Source of the DNA: Octopus vulgaris
Taxonomy: Eukaryota
Assembly: GCA_951406725.2 (NCBI GenBank)
Contig: OX597830.1
Location: forward strand, 22,630,001 to 22,694,000
Direction of reading: 5' to 3'
Length of the DNA stretch: 64,000 bases
Part shown: in pieces, positions 1 to 14,292 of the stretch
How the letters are laid out: every line of letters begins with the position of its first letter
Numbering within the stretch: position 1 is the stretch's first letter
Made by a program: the position numbers and the translations under genes
Notes under the pieces: model-generated
Databases searched by the model: none
Told to the model about the DNA's origin: nothing
What the model saw: the letters and a program-made list of their open reading frames with translations, nothing else

Positions 1-77
1 TTTGCTGAACTGCTAAGTTACAGGGACATAAACATACCAGCATCGGTTGTCAAGCGATGTTGGAGGGACAAACACAG

Positions 78-126
<49 letters not shown>

Positions 127-288
127 TATGACAGGCTTCTTTCAGTTTCTGTCTATACCAAATCCAGTCACAAGGCTTTGGTCGGCCTGAGGCTATAGTA
201 GAAGGCACTTGCCCAAGGTGTCACGCAGTGGGACTGAATCCGGAACCATGTGGTTGGTAAGCAAGCTACTTACCACACAGTCACTCCT
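1..288 (-). mobile_element. SINE A copy, cut by the window edge
   Basis: Reverse complement of the family A head and body. Confidence 0.9.
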
Positions 289-598
289 ATGCCTATATAT
301 ATAACACGTACACACTCAGTCTCACATGCACGCACATGTTATTTAGATTGTTTTAGGAATGATGGATCAAGGCAATGCTAGAGCACTGCATTCTGTATAA
401 ATATATGGGGCAACATATCTTCTAAATTTAACAGAGAGAGGGGGTAAGGGGATGGATGTGGGTGGGTGGATGGGTGAGATAGTAACCTTTCTGCCACCCA
501 AACAAGTGCAACTAGTAAATGTCATTGAGATATGTGACCAGACAAACCTGAGATGAGGACAGTCTCCACAGAATGAAAATCATGTTAACAGACATCCA

Positions 599-651
<53 letters not shown>

Positions 652-684
652 CATATATATACACATCTATTGTGAGAGAAGCAA

Positions 685-1262
685 TGTGGTGATGGTAAGG
701 ACCGTGGGTGGGGTTTAAATGGCAGGGGTGGTGGTGGTGGAAGAGGAGAGCTGGAGGTTGTCAATGGTGATAATAACAATAATACTGGCGGTGATGGTGG
801 TGGTGGCATTGGTGATGGTAGTGGTCATGGTGGTGACGATGGCAGTGATGATATTGATGGTGATGGTGGTGATGATGATAATGATGATGGTAAATTGGGT
901 AGAGTTGTAAGTGGCGAAGGGGGGACAAGATTCTGGATGTCGATAAAGATGCTAATGACAATGATAGGGGCAATAATAGTGATGACGATGATGATGACGA
1001 TGGCAAAATGATAGATGTGGTGCATGTGGGCCAGATGTTGACAACTGTACTAAATGGCAACGGTAGTGGTAATAGTAGTTGAGGTGGTGGCTATGATGAA
1101 GATCATCATCATCATCAGTGTCGTTAACAAATAATAAGGATGAAAATGAATAATGGTGGTGGGAGCAGGAGGTGGGTGGTAGCATAAGTGGTGTTGATAA
1201 CAATCAGATGATGATATTAATGATGTTAGTGATAATGAGGACGATGATAATGACTGAATGCA
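685..1262. repeat. Degenerate (GAT/GGT)n trinucleotide low-complexity tract
   Basis: Runs of GATGAT and GGTGGT; source of the His/Val/Met-rich pseudo-ORFs. Confidence 0.85.
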
Positions 1263-1292
1263 ATGAGGAAACAGTTTATACACCCTCCCCAA

Positions 1293-1335
1293 CACATATA
1301 CATGTGTGTATATATATACATATACACACATACAT

Positions 1336-1380
<45 letters not shown>

Positions 1381-1482
1381 CATATATGCATATATATATA
1401 GATATATATATACATATACACATACATACATATATGCATATATATATAGATATATATATACATATACACATACATACATATA

Positions 1483-1535
<53 letters not shown>

Positions 1536-1623
1536 GCATATATATATATATATACACACACATACATATATGCATATATATATATAGATATATATATACA
1601 TATACACATACATACATATATGC

Positions 1624-1658
<35 letters not shown>

Positions 1659-1701
1659 TACATATATGCATATATATATATATACACACATACATATATG
1701 C

Positions 1702-1760
<59 letters not shown>

Positions 1761-1780
1761 CACACATACATATATGCATA

Positions 1781-1834
<54 letters not shown>

Positions 1835-2136
1835 TACATACACACATACATATATATACACACACACACATATATATATATACATACATACATATACACA
1901 CATACATATGTATACATACATACATATACACACATACATATGTATACATACATACATATACACACACACAAATATATACATACGTATACACACATACAAA
2001 TATATACATACGTATACACACATACATATATATATATACATACGTATACACACATACATATATACATACATACACATACATATGCATGCATACATACATA
2101 CATATAACATTTATGCAAATACACACACACACACAC
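1293..2136. repeat. Compound (TA)n/(CA)n minisatellite with repeating CACATACATATATGCA anchor
   Basis: Direct inspection. Confidence 0.95.
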
Positions 2137-2577
2137 TTGTTTGGCTGCAAACAGCTTAACAGATAACATGTAAAATGCCGTTCATCATTGATGTAGGCCT
2201 AGGCTGGCTTTGAAGTTGGCAGCGACTGCAACAGAGCAGAGGTAGATACTCGCTCAAGTAAACCACCCAGCCGGCCACCACCCAGCCACCCCTCTCACCC
2301 AATCATTCATTTGTTCGTTTGTGCCGACATATGATCCTAGCTGCATTGCAAATGTTTGCACATAGACAACAACAACAACAAGAACAACGACGACAAAGAC
2401 GACTACAACAGCATCAGTGATTCATCGGTCAGACACATCGGATGACATTTGCATACGTAAGGAGAGCGTGATGATGACTATAGATGAGTTAGTCACTTCT
2501 CTCGCATGGCTCTGGACTTACTAATCCATCATCAGCTGGCTACATTGTAAGGATGTTACAATCCCCATGTGAAATAT

Positions 2578-2965
2578 GCGCTTGCGTGGCAAGTAGCTTG
2601 CTTACCAACCACATGGCTCCGGGTTCAGTCCCACTGCATGGCACCTTGGGCAAGTGTCTTCTTCTATAGCCTCGGACCGACCAAAGCCTTGTGAGTGGAT
2701 TTGGTAGATGGAAACTGAAAGAAGCCCGTTGTATATATGTATATATGTGTATGTATATGTTTATGTGTCGGTGTTTGTCCCCCCAACATCGCTTGACAAC
2801 CGATGCTGGCATTTACGTCCCCGTATGTTAGCGGTTCAGCAAAAGAGACCAATACTTTATAAGTACTAGGCTTACAATGAATAAGTATTGGGGTCGATTT
2901 TCTCGACTAAAAGGCAGTGCTCCAGCATAGCCACAATCAAAAGACTGAAGCAAGCAAAAGAGTAA
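2578..2965 (+). mobile_element. SINE A copy
   Basis: Matches family A consensus through the AAAAGAGT tail. Confidence 0.9.
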
Positions 2966-3026
2966 TACTTAATTATAAAAATATGATAGAATTTTTTAAA
3001 ATATCTAATGGTTAAGAGGGTTCATG

Positions 3027-3365
3027 AAGGCACATGGCTCAGTGGTTAGAGTAGAGTGTCAGGCTCACAATCATGAAGTAGTGAGTTCAATTCCTGGACC
3101 AGGCTGTGTGTTGTGTTCTTGAGTAAGACACTTTATTTCGTGTTGCTCCAGTTCACTCAGCTGTAAAAATGAGTTGTGACATCACTGGTGCCAAGCTGTA
3201 CTGGCCTTTGCCTTTCCCTTGGACAATATCAGTGGTGCGGAGAGGAGAGGCTGGTATACATGGTCAACTGCTGGTCTTCCATAAACAATCTCGCCCAGAC
3301 TTGTGTCTCAGAGGGTAACTTTCTATGTGCAATCCCATGGTCACTCATGACCAAAGGGCATCTTC
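3027..3365 (+). mobile_element. SINE family C copy (tRNA-like head); relatives near 7290, 12981, 22832, 41308, 45278(-), 52545, 60535(-)
   Basis: GGCACATGGCTCAGTGGTTAG...GAGTTCAATTCCTGGACC head followed by GTGTTCTTGAGCAAGACACTT...GCTCCAGTTCACTCAGCTG, shared by about 8 loci. Confidence 0.85.
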
Positions 3366-4875
3366 ATTTTTTTTTTTTTATGAGGATCCACTTGAAAAAA
3401 AAAAAAAAAGGAATCCAAGGAGTCTATAGGCAAAAAATGGCTGGAAACCACTGGTTTAGTTGATTAGACTGGCTTCAGTATTTAGCTTTCAAGTCTGATA
3501 TTTATTCCGTCAGTCACTTTTTGGATAAGTTATGGGAATGTGAACAAAACAAAACTAGTTATCAACTGTTGAGAGGACCAGCTCAAACATGCATGCAAAC
3601 ACACACATACACTCACCAGTACACATACACACATACATACAAACACACACACACATGCATGTATATAATGTCTATCAAATCCACTCATGAAGCATTGGTC
3701 AACCTGGGGCTATAGTGGTAAACATTTGCCTGATATGTTGTGGTATAAGGACGTAAACAGGCTCCATTCTGATCTGGCAATGCTTCTACAGATGGATGCC
3801 CTTAATGCCAACCACTCTGAGAGTGTAGTAGGTGTTTTTTACATGCCACTGGCACGGGAGCTATTCAGGGGGCCCTAGCATCGACCACATTAGGATGTTG
3901 CATTTTATGTGCCACCAGCATGGGAGCCAGTCAGGCAAACCTGGCATATATATATGTAAGTCCCTGTGAGATTAATTACTAAGAAGTAATTACTAAGCAG
4001 TTAAGGCAGTGTTAACATATTTAATGCAGGTAGCACTGAAAAAAAAAAATCAAATTTGAAATGCTAGCTTGGTACTTATTTTATCGGTCTCTTTTGCCAA
4101 ACTGCTAGGTTACAGGGATGTAAATACACCAACACTGCTTGCCAAGTTGTGGTGAGGGACAAACACAAACATGCACACAGTTTCTCTCTACCAAGTTCAC
4201 ACATAAGGCTTTGGTCGACCTGAGGCTATAGTAGAAGATACTTGCCCTAGGTATCACACAGTGGATTGAACCAGGAACCATGTGGTTGGGAAGCAAACTT
4301 CTTACCATACAGCCTGCCACGGTTGCACTTCTGATATATGGTAACAAAAGGGTTTAATGGATTTTCCTATGGACCGTAAGCATTTGAAAGGTATGTCAAT
4401 TTAACAAGCTGGTTTTCTTAACTCACAACGAATTAATTTTTCCATTTCTGTCTCTCAGTTGAAAGATATATGTAAATGCATAATTATATGTAATTATGCA
4501 GTTTGCATATGTATCTTAATTATACAGTTACACAGGTGTATTATTAACAAGGTATAATTGTGAATTATTATGCAACACAGTTCATTGACTCTCACTACTG
4601 TCTTTGTGGAACCCCACCCACAAGAGCTCTGTGGATCTCAGGTTGAGAGATGTTGCTCTATGTGGTCCCTCAATCTGTTACAAATATCAGTCAAATCCCT
4701 CTCAACTAATACGCAACGGTCTTAAAAAAGTGAACGGCATATTAGATAATGTAGTATCTTTAAAGACAGAATGGTCAGGCATGGAATGCCTTTGGTCTGC
4801 TTGATCAGGAGTTGACCTGGGGTTAAATAACAAGAGCTTAAAAGACCTAGCATTATGGTATCAAGTGTATATCTT

Positions 4876-5275
4876 TTTATCTTTCTTTAACTTGTTTCAG
4901 TCATTTGACTGCGGCCATGCTGGAGCACTGCCTTTAGTCGAGCAAATCGACCCAGGGACTTATTCTTTGTAAGCCCAGTACTTATTCTATCGGTCTCTTT
5001 TTGCCGAACCACTAAGTGATGGGGACGTAAACACACCAGCATTGGTTGTGAAGCAATGCTAGGGGGACAAACACAGACACACAAACACACACGCATACAT
5101 ATATATATACATATATACAACAGGCTTCTTTCAGTTTCCGCCTACCAAATCCACTCACAAGGCATTGGTCGACCCGGGGCTATAGCAGAAGACACTTGCC
5201 CAAGATGCCACGCAGTGGGACTGAACCTGGAACCATGTGGTTGGTTAGCAAGCTACTTACCACACAGCCACTCCT
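4876..5275 (-). mobile_element. SINE A copy
   Basis: Full-length reverse-complement match. Confidence 0.92.
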
Positions 5276-5854
5276 GCGCCTATATAACGTAGTTTCTCCA
5301 CTTTTTACATTTGAGGAACTTTCAAAATAAATTCCAAGTCTGAGGGCATCCTGACATAAAATTATACATTCTTTTTTTATTCTCTCATAAAGTTAAACTT
5401 CACGAAGTGCTTAACCGTTTTACTGCGGAAACCAGATATACACACCCAAACTTTCATTACTCTTAACTGCAGAAAGCAGCTTTATATACAATTTTATCTT
5501 TTGTTGAGGAATGTCATGTTTGAAGCTGTTGAGATATGCCAAGTTGAGATATACCAATGTGACTTGCAGAAAATACTAATTCCACTTTTTGGTACATATA
5601 CAATTGTTTACATAATTAGCTTAACCAGCATTATTTGCGGAGAAACCCCTAGTGCACTTTTACAGAAGTCTCAGGTTCCTGGGAACATCAGTTAGAAAAT
5701 GCTAATATAGAGGGGTAATGTACAAAACTACTATTGCTAATGATCTGGTGGTACTATTTTATCTTTTGTAGAGGAATGTCAAGTTTGAAACTATTTTCTG
5801 TTGAGATATGTCAAATTTACTGAAGCAACATGAGTTGCAGAAAATACTGTTTTT

Positions 5855-5912
<58 letters not shown>

Positions 5913-6519
5913 GTAGACATTCAATATCATTACTAGAATAACCTTGAAATCAAATTTTGCTGTGAAAGGTTTAAAAATATCATAAAACTGCGTTTGAAAG
6001 TTTTACAGTGCTAAATCTTTCAGATACCATAAAAATGGTTTCAGGAAATTTCGTTTTGTTTTAAGGCCTTGTTTAGACCAAGTTCCCTTATAGTTTCTAA
6101 TTAATCCTTTTGAAACCAGCCTGCTAAAGACTGCTCCTGGTTCTATGATGCAAACTTCCTGTTTTAAAGTGAATCTAAATAAAAAGCCGCCATCAAAATT
6201 CCATGTTAATCCATGTTTCAAACACCACAGTTATTTTACTAAACTCTGGCACAGATGTGGCTGTGTTAAGAAGTTTGCTTCCCAACCACATGGTTCTGGG
6301 ATCAGTCCCACTGTGTGGCACCTTGGGTAGGTGTCTTCTACTATATAGCAATGGGGCAAACCAAAGCCTTGTGAGTGGATTTGGTAGATGGAAACTATCA
6401 AATTAAAAACAAATATTCTGCCCAGAAATACAATGAACTGCATGACACAGATATGAACTCACTCAATCTTTTGATCTATTGACAGGTCATCAGTCCAATA
6501 TCTACCCATTGTTAGATAA

Positions 6520-6762
6520 GAGCAGTGAGCTGGCAGAATCATTAGCACGCTGGGGGGAAATGCTTAGCGGTATTTCGTCTGCTGTTAATGTTCTGAGTTC
6601 AAATTCCGCTGAGGTCAACTTTGCTTTCATCCTTTCGAGGTCAATTAAATAAGTACCAGTTATGCACTGGGGTCGACGTAATCGACTTAATCCCTTTGTC
6701 TGTCTTTGTTTGTACCCCTCTATGTTTAGCCCCCCTCCCCCTGTGAGCAATAAAGAAATAAA
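6520..6762 (+). mobile_element. SINE family B copy; relatives near 11105-11550(-, two copies), 18705, 28005(-), 35345(-), 46160, 51385(-), 59880(-), 63100(-)
   Basis: GAGCTGGCAGAA...TTAGCACGC...GAGTTCAAATTCCGC head and GACTTTGCCTTTCATCCTTTCGGGGTCGATAAATTAAGTACC body, recurring more than 10 times. Confidence 0.88.
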
Positions 6763-7555
6763 TATCGAATCCGTTGTGAGATATCAGAATATCTCAAGTA
6801 ATTGATTCCAGACTGTAACTGAAACAATTAACAGAGACTTTCTCTCAACCCTGTTCATATTTGGCTTCATTAGGGATCGTGAAAGTTTCCATGCCTTTTT
6901 TGTTTTTACCTGTTTCAGTCATGTGGCTATGCTGGGGCACTGCTGTGAAAAATTTTTTAGTTGAATGAATTGGCCCCAGTAGCCCCCCCCCTCTTTTTAA
7001 GCCTAGTACTTATTCTACCAGTGTACTTTGCTGAACTACAATGATATTGTAGGGTTGGTATGAGATGCCAGATCTAGCTGGTTTGAATACAAAACAGGTA
7101 GAATATTTGGGCCGGATATGACCAGTTTAAATACTAAAGGCTGAAAGGAGTCCCTTCTAGATGTAATACAGCAGTTATACAGAGTTTCACTGTATAACAC
7201 ATTCATTAAGTATGCAATATCGATAATATTTACAGCATTGAGCTACTTCTAACACAAATTGACACACACAGACACACACACGCATGTGTGAAGGCACATG
7301 GCCTAGTGGTTAGGGTGTTACGTTCACCATCACTAGACTGTGGGTTTAATTCTCAGATGAGACAGTATGTTGTGTTTTTGAGCAAAACGCTTCATACCAC
7401 ATTGGTCCAGTGTTCCTTTCAATCGGGAGGAGGGGTGTTAGCTTGCTCACCTAGCCAGTGGAGTGGCATCTTTTGAAGGCTAAAACGACGCAATGCACAT
7501 TGTGACCTGTGATGTGTAACAACATCTGATAGTCTGGTCAGGCACATGATATGCA

Positions 7556-7588
<33 letters not shown>

Positions 7589-7740
7589 TAAAATCAAATA
7601 ACGAACAGTAAAATTAACGATAACAACAAGAAGCTGTACACAAGGAATGTATTATTTTGACACTCAGTAAAATGAGAGAGTTTTTGATGTTTTGAGCATA
7701 GCTCTTTGTCAAAAAGGAAAAAAAGAAAAGAAACCCAGTG

Positions 7741-8420
7741 TCATTGGCATTTGACATTTCTATAGAGAACCCATTTCTTGTTGCCAGTCACTATTCGGTC
7801 CGAAAAGGGTTCATTTGTGAGACAGACAGCAAAAAGATTATACATTCGCTCTCTGCATGTGATTAGACAGAAAGTTTGTGAGGAACCCACTGACCCTATT
7901 TGCTGACTTTTCTGATGGCATGCAGGTGTCAACGAATTGTTGAATGACCAAATCCAAGCTTCTCTGCTAGTTCCTCAACAGTTACGATGGAATTTTGTTC
8001 TACCAGGATTTGCAGGACATCCTTGTTGAACTCTACAGATCTTCCAGGATGAAGCTCATCTTCTAGAGTGTAATTTCTAGCTTGGAATTTCTGGAACCAC
8101 CGTTGATACTGGCTTATGCTTATTGTCTGATTCCCATATACTGCATTAATTTTCCTTGCACTTTCCGTTGCATTGTTGCCTTTATTGAACTCATAAAGCA
8201 AAATACACCAAATATGTTCCTTTGTCACTTCCATTATAGCTTTGAAAAATTAATTGCCAAAATCGAACTGTATTCTTCAAAACTTGCACTAAGAATAAGT
8301 ACAAGGTAAAATTACTACCTGCTTTTATAGCAACTTGATGCTGGTAGTTGATCCTGTCCCCCTCTGACTTTTAGTTCATGCAATTGAAAGAAAACGCATT
8401 ATTTATAGGATGACCCAATA
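7741..8420 (-). pseudogene. Mariner transposon relic: left TIR plus frameshifted N-terminal transposase
   Basis: ORF 7929-8234 (HIWCILLYEFNKGNNATESARKINAVYG...RWFQKFQARNYTLED...PGRS...TVEELAEKLG) is a mariner HTH region. The next frame reads FSDRIVTGNKKWVLYRN, matching FLDRIVTGDEKWVLYDN. TIR-like TATTGGGTCATCCTATAAATAATGCG at about 8395-8420. Confidence 0.9.
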
Positions 8421-9059
8421 TATACATACATTAATTTCACAGAATACCATGAAAACTACAACTACCATAACACCACAATCTCTCACTCTCCCTACATACA
8501 CACACAGACATGCATAGTAAGCAATGTTAAACTTATTATTATAGGAGACTGGATAGCTTCAGTGTGATACGAGGGTGTGTTACTGTATTAAATGATAATG
8601 TATCAGTGTGTCACGAGAATGAATAGTTTCAGAGCTGCATACTAAATGGCACCACTGTAACATGAAACCAGATGTTATTACTGTGTCATGCAACTGGACT
8701 GGATGCTATTGCTGTGACATGAGTTTAGATGGCATTCTAATAGCGATACATCACAATAACAACTAATCAGTGCAGATGCACTTTTATATGGCTGTGTATA
8801 TACTATTATTGCAAGCATATATATATACATGTGTGTGTATATATATGCGTGTGTGTATGTGCATATGTTTATATGTATGTGGGTGGGTGCATATATATAT
8901 ATGAGTGTGTGAGCATATATATATCTAAAAAAAAAAAAAACGAACTATTTTCATATATTATTAATTAAGGAGTAAAAAAAAATGTTTTAGTTGATTGACA
9001 TGTTTTAGTAATTCATTTTGATTACCTATTTTAGTTGATTTGTATATACCTTTTCTTAT

Positions 9060-9236
9060 ATATATTTCTATATATTTTGTATTTTATATGTGCATATATA
9101 TATTTCTATACATTTTGTATTTTATATGTGCATATCAATATATTTTGTATATTTCTATATATTTTGTATTTTATATGTGCATATCAATATATTTTGTATA
9201 TTTCTATATATTTTGTATTTTATATGTGCATATATA
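9060..9236. repeat. AT-rich minisatellite, 4 units of about 38-49 bp
   Basis: Unit ATTTCTATATATTTTGTATTTTATATGTGCATAT(CAATATATTTTGTAT). Confidence 0.9.
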
Positions 9237-9468
9237 TTTTTTTACCTTCTGTGCTTTTATATATATATATTCCTTTTATATGTTGGGTAATGTTTATATA
9301 TGATGAAATGTAAGGAAGCGTGGTATTATAGAAAGTCGTTGACCTGAATTTGATGTTTGTTCTCCAATCAATGTTCTTTATCTCTGTCTCAATTTCATTT
9401 GAGCACTTCTTTCTGCAGTCCTATAAACCGTTTTTGTTTCCATAAAAAGAAGCAAAAAAATTATTTCT

Positions 9469-9508
<40 letters not shown>

Positions 9509-9510
<2 letters not shown>

Positions 9511-9870
9511 AGTGGCTGTATGGTAAGTAGCTTGCTTACGAACCACATGGTTCCGGGTTCAGTCCCACTGCGTGGCACCTTGGGCAAGTGTCTTCTACTA
9601 TAGCTTCAGGCCAACCAAAGCCTTGTGAGTGGATTGTGGTAGACAAAAACTGAAAGAAGCCAATCGTCTATATGTATATATATCTATGTGTATGTATATG
9701 TTTGTCTCCCCAACATCACTTGACAATCGATGCTGGTGTGTTTACGTCCCCGTAACTTAGCAGTTCGGCAAAAGAGACCGATAGAATAAGTACTAGGCTT
9801 CCAAAGAATAAGTCCTGGAGTCGATTTGCTCGACTAAAGGCGGTACTCCAGCATGGTCACAGTCACATGA
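9509..9870 (+). mobile_element. SINE A copy
   Basis: Family A consensus. Confidence 0.92.
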
Positions 9871-12800
9871 CATAAAAGAAAATATATGTTATATATACAT
9901 GTGTGTATGCATGTATGTGTGTGTTTAACTATAATTGTACAGTTACCTACAGATACATGGGCATATAGGTAAGAGAATGTGCACACTTAACAACAACTAT
10001 GTATTGTGTAGTTTCATGGTTATCTGCACACAGACACACACACATGCATGAAATTGATATACATATATGTTTTCTAGAACAAAGGTGGTATAAAGAATGG
10101 AAATTCGAGATCAAGATGGATATGAACCCAGAATCTAGGAGACCAAATACAATCATAATAGAGGAAAAGAAACACACACACACAAACAAAACAGACAAAA
10201 CAAAACACCATGTGATGGTAGAGTTGATGTAAAAGACTAAAGGAAAGAATGAAAACTAAGAAATATCTGGACTTGGTCAAGGAATTTAGAAAACCCTGAC
10301 GGAAAGAATGTAATGAGAAAAAGGTGTTAGGCAGTGGCACTGAAAGTGAAATGACGCTGAGAAGCAAACTTCTTAACTACAGTTACACATGATGATGATG
10401 ATGATGATTCGTTCGACTATAACCATCTGAAGGTGGTGCTCCAGTATGGCTGCAGTCCAATGACTACAACTTCAATATCAACAAGCAAAAAAAAATAATA
10501 AATGAAAATAAAATGCAGTGCTCAATTGTCCATGACGGTGTAGGTGGCAGCACTGATATCACTGACATAAGAAAGAGGAGGTTTGAGAAGAAGAAGAAGA
10601 AAAGTAAAAGATGGGAGGAGCAGAAAGAGGAGGAATGATGGGGAGGAGCAGGAAGAGGAGGAATGATAGGAAGGGAGCAGGTACTGAAATAGCTGCAGAA
10701 GAATGTGGTGGTGGTGGTGGTGGTGGCGAAGGGCACAATGATGCAGATGAGGATGATAATTAGAATAACATAATCATCCTAATTTAGTAATTATCTTAAA
10801 TATCATTAATTTACTGAGAACATTGAAGACAGCGCTGATATACAAGTCTAGTGCAGAATTTAATTTTGTCTGCATCCGCCCACTGCTGGTACACGGGCAT
10901 TGGTGGCGGTGGTGGTGGTGAGGTCAATTTTTCTCTTCCATCCTTTTAAAGGCTAAGTAAAATAATTACTAGTTATATACTGAACATCAATTCAAATGAC
11001 AATGCCATCTCCCTCCTCCAACACTTATAGAGAAACCTTAGATAATTGGTTGGGTGTATAATCAAAGAAAATCAATAATAATAATAATAATGATAATAAT
11101 AACAATCCTTTCTACTATAAGCACAAAGCCTGATATTTGGTGGAAGGGGATCAGTCGATTACATTGACCCCAGTGTATAACTGGTTCTTAATTTATTGAC
11201 CCCGAAAGGATGAAAGGCAAAGTCGACCCCAGTGGCATTTGAACTCAGAACGTGAAGACAGACAAAATACCGTTAAGCATTTCACCCAGTGTGCTAACGA
11301 TTCTGCCAGATCATTGCCTTAAAAATATACTAATAATGATTTCCAATTTTCGCACTGGGCCAGCAATTCTGGGGAAGAGGGGAGTCGATTACATTGACCC
11401 CAGTGTGCTCAACTGATACTTATTTTCTCTACCCCAAAAGGATGAAAGGGAAAGTTAACCCCAGCGGAATTTGAACTCAGAATGTAAAGACAGACAAAAT
11501 GCCAACACGCATTTCGCCTGGCATGCTAAAGGTACTGACAGCTCACCACTTATTAATAAATAAATATAATAAATAAACAACAACAACAATAATAAGAAGA
11601 AATTCCAGGCAGTGGCTCTCATGACTTCTGATCTTAACTGATTGGAAGTGTTATCATGTACATGTTTTGTCTTGCATTAAAACATGGGTTACAGCAAATA
11701 TTCTGCTCTATACCACAGATTTGTTTGTCAGTTGCTTGACCTTCACCAGTTGAGCATGTGTCTTAGTGGCTGATGATATGTGCACCTCTGATCACAAGCA
11801 GGAACTGTGGGGAAGCATCACAGCCATGTGTTGAGAGGAATTCTTTGGGTTTTGAATAATTCACCTACAGAAACATAGGTGTTTCATTACCTTATTCAGG
11901 GACCTATCCCAACTGGGTTCCATGTGCAAAGTTATGATCTTTTTATCTTGATATGAGATCACTACATTGTGCACATGTGGTTGTGATGCATGTGTCTAGT
12001 GCACTCTTATTAGACGTAGTTATGATGAGTATACTGGGCTCCATATATTTGTACCTCATGTCACTTTGATGGCATGCATTGCTCTCTCACTCAATAATAA
12101 TAATAATAATAATGAGGAGGGAGGAGGAAAATAAAAAAGAGGAATACAGAAAAAAGATGAAAAAGTGAGTTTCTTCATTTATTTTTTGTTTTGTTTTAAC
12201 ATTCATTCCTTCTTAGATGTGTGGAGAAAGTATCCCTTCCTGTCCCCTATCCTTCTCTTCATATTCTAGTAGAAACAGGTTTGCAATTTAGAAGCTAGTT
12301 GCATGTGAAAGGTTATGGAAGGACAAAGGCTAGTGTCACCTATACAGAAGTATGTGGGATTAAAAAATGAAAGATTATGAAGCGCTGAACCAACTTTGAC
12401 AGTTACCATCTCTGTAACGTGTGAGCGAGTTTAGAAATTACTGGGTAATAATTTGGGGGTTAAAAAGTTCCTTTTCAATTAGCAGCGAAGAGATTCTGAC
12501 GAGAATTAGATTTCTTTAACCACTTGTTTACTGATCCAATACTCAAACTTGTGGAATTAACAAGAAAGTTTATTTATGGTGATTAGATGCTCTCTCTTTC
12601 TATCATACATGCACACACACACACTCAAGTACCTACATACACACAGACCAATACCTTGATGATCAAAATTAATATGTTAAAACAAAGAGATAAAAACATG
12701 CACACACAGAGATTTCTTTCAATTTTTGTGTACCAAATTTACTCACCAGGCTTTGGTCAACCTGGAGCTACAGTAGAAGAGACATACCCAAGGTGCAGTA

Positions 12801-13306
12801 CAACAGAACAGAATTTGGAATCAAGTGGTTGGTAAGCAAATTTCTTACCACATAGCCACACCTGTACTTTATATATATAAAGTAGTGTGGTCTGAAAAGA
12901 TTTTGGTACAGGAAGTTTGTAAGCAGCAAGTATGTACATAGCTTGTATAGATGGCAAAACGCACATGATAATCCATAGTGAAGATGCATGGCTCAGTAGT
13001 TAGAACATTGGTCTTGTAATCGTGAGGTTGTGAGTTCAATTCCTGGACCAGACTGTGTTGTGTTCTCTTGAGCAAGACACTTTATTTCACTTTGCTCCAG
13101 TTCACTCAGCTGTAGAAATGAGTTGTGACATCACTGGTGCCAAGCTGTATCAGCCTTTGCCTTACCTTTGGGCAACATTGGTAGGGTAGAGAGGGGAGAC
13201 TGGTATGCATGGGTGGTCTTCCATAAACAACCTGGACTTGTGCCCCAGCCTTGGACTGATCGAAGCCTTGTGAGTGGATATGGTAGACAGAAACTGAAAA
13301 GAAGCT

Positions 13307-13339
<33 letters not shown>

Positions 13340-13342
<3 letters not shown>

Positions 13343-14292
13343 TCATTTAACATCCATTGTCCATGCTGGCAAGCTGGGAGGCTGCACCAGACTCCAGTTT
13401 GATTTAGTATGGTTTCTATGGCTGGATGTCCTTCCTAACACCAACCACTCTGAGAATGTAATGAGTGCTTTTATGTGCCACATGCAATGGGTGCCATTTG
13501 CATGACACCGGTACCTGCTGTGACTTCAGTTTTATTTGGCTTGATGGGTCTACTTCTCAAGCATGACATAATGCCAAAGATCTCGGTCATTGCCTCTGTG
13601 AGGCCCTAAGTTTGGAGAACATGCGTCATCACCTCGTCCCATGTTTTCCTGGGTCTACCTCTACCACAGGTTCCCTCCACAGTCAGGGATCGGCACTTCT
13701 TTACACAGTTGTCCTCATCCATAAGAATCACAAGACAATACCAGTGCATTCGTCTCTCCTGCACACCACAATCTGATGCCACTTATGCCTAACTTTTCTC
13801 TAGAGATGCTTACACTCTGCCAAACATGCACAATGACATTACACATCCGGTGAAGCATACTGGCTTCATTTCTTTCAAGCTTATGCATGTCCTTGGCTGT
13901 CACAGCCCATGTTTCACCATCACGTAGCATAGCTGTTAGCACACAGGCATCATACAATCTGCCTTTCACTCTGACAGGGAGGCCCTTTGTTGCCAGCAGT
14001 GGCAAGATGTCTCTAAACTTTGCCCATCCTAATCTTATCCTGACAGCTATGCTCTTGGAGCAGCCACCTCCACTACCAACTTGATCACCTAGGTAACGGA
14101 AGCTATCTACTACCTCTAGCTTATACCTATGGCAGTTGATGGAGTTTATTTTCCGTACAATTTTGGTGTTTGTTGTAACTGTGCATCTACCTCACACACA
14201 AAAGCTATTTTCCCTGTTAACTTTCCTCTGATATTGCTGCACCTTTTATGTATCCAAAGCTTACACTGAGTGCATCTTACAGAGTTACTACC
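13340..14292 (-). mobile_element. RTE/RTE-X clade LINE 3' fragment (decayed ORF plus 3' UTR and (GAT)n tail)
   Basis: Translates to GSNSVRCTQCKLWIHKRCS, KGRLYDACVLTAMLRDGETWAV...LERNEASMLHRMC and EGTCGRGRPRKTWDEV, typical of the RTE-X C-terminal region. Confidence 0.88.

Noticed and set aside
585-1203. His-rich, Val/Met-rich and Pro-rich ORFs
   Set aside because: Translations of a degenerate trinucleotide tract; no splice or homology support
1050-2169. ORFs of 290-366 aa on both strands
   Set aside because: Read-through of (TA)n/(CA)n repeats giving Y/I/C/V/H/T peptides in every frame
5490-5850. Diverged direct duplication of about 95 bp; also short tandem duplications at 24168-24230 and 54295-54355
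   Set aside because: Ordinary local duplications with no further structure
11605-12095. Repeat-like block between (AAT)n runs
   Set aside because: Single copy in this window with no diagnostic ends or motif, so it cannot be classified from the sequence alone
12217-12278. Possible 62-bp exon (polypyrimidine-AG...AG/GTTTGC)
   Set aside because: Weak donor, no recognisable peptide and no partner exons seen
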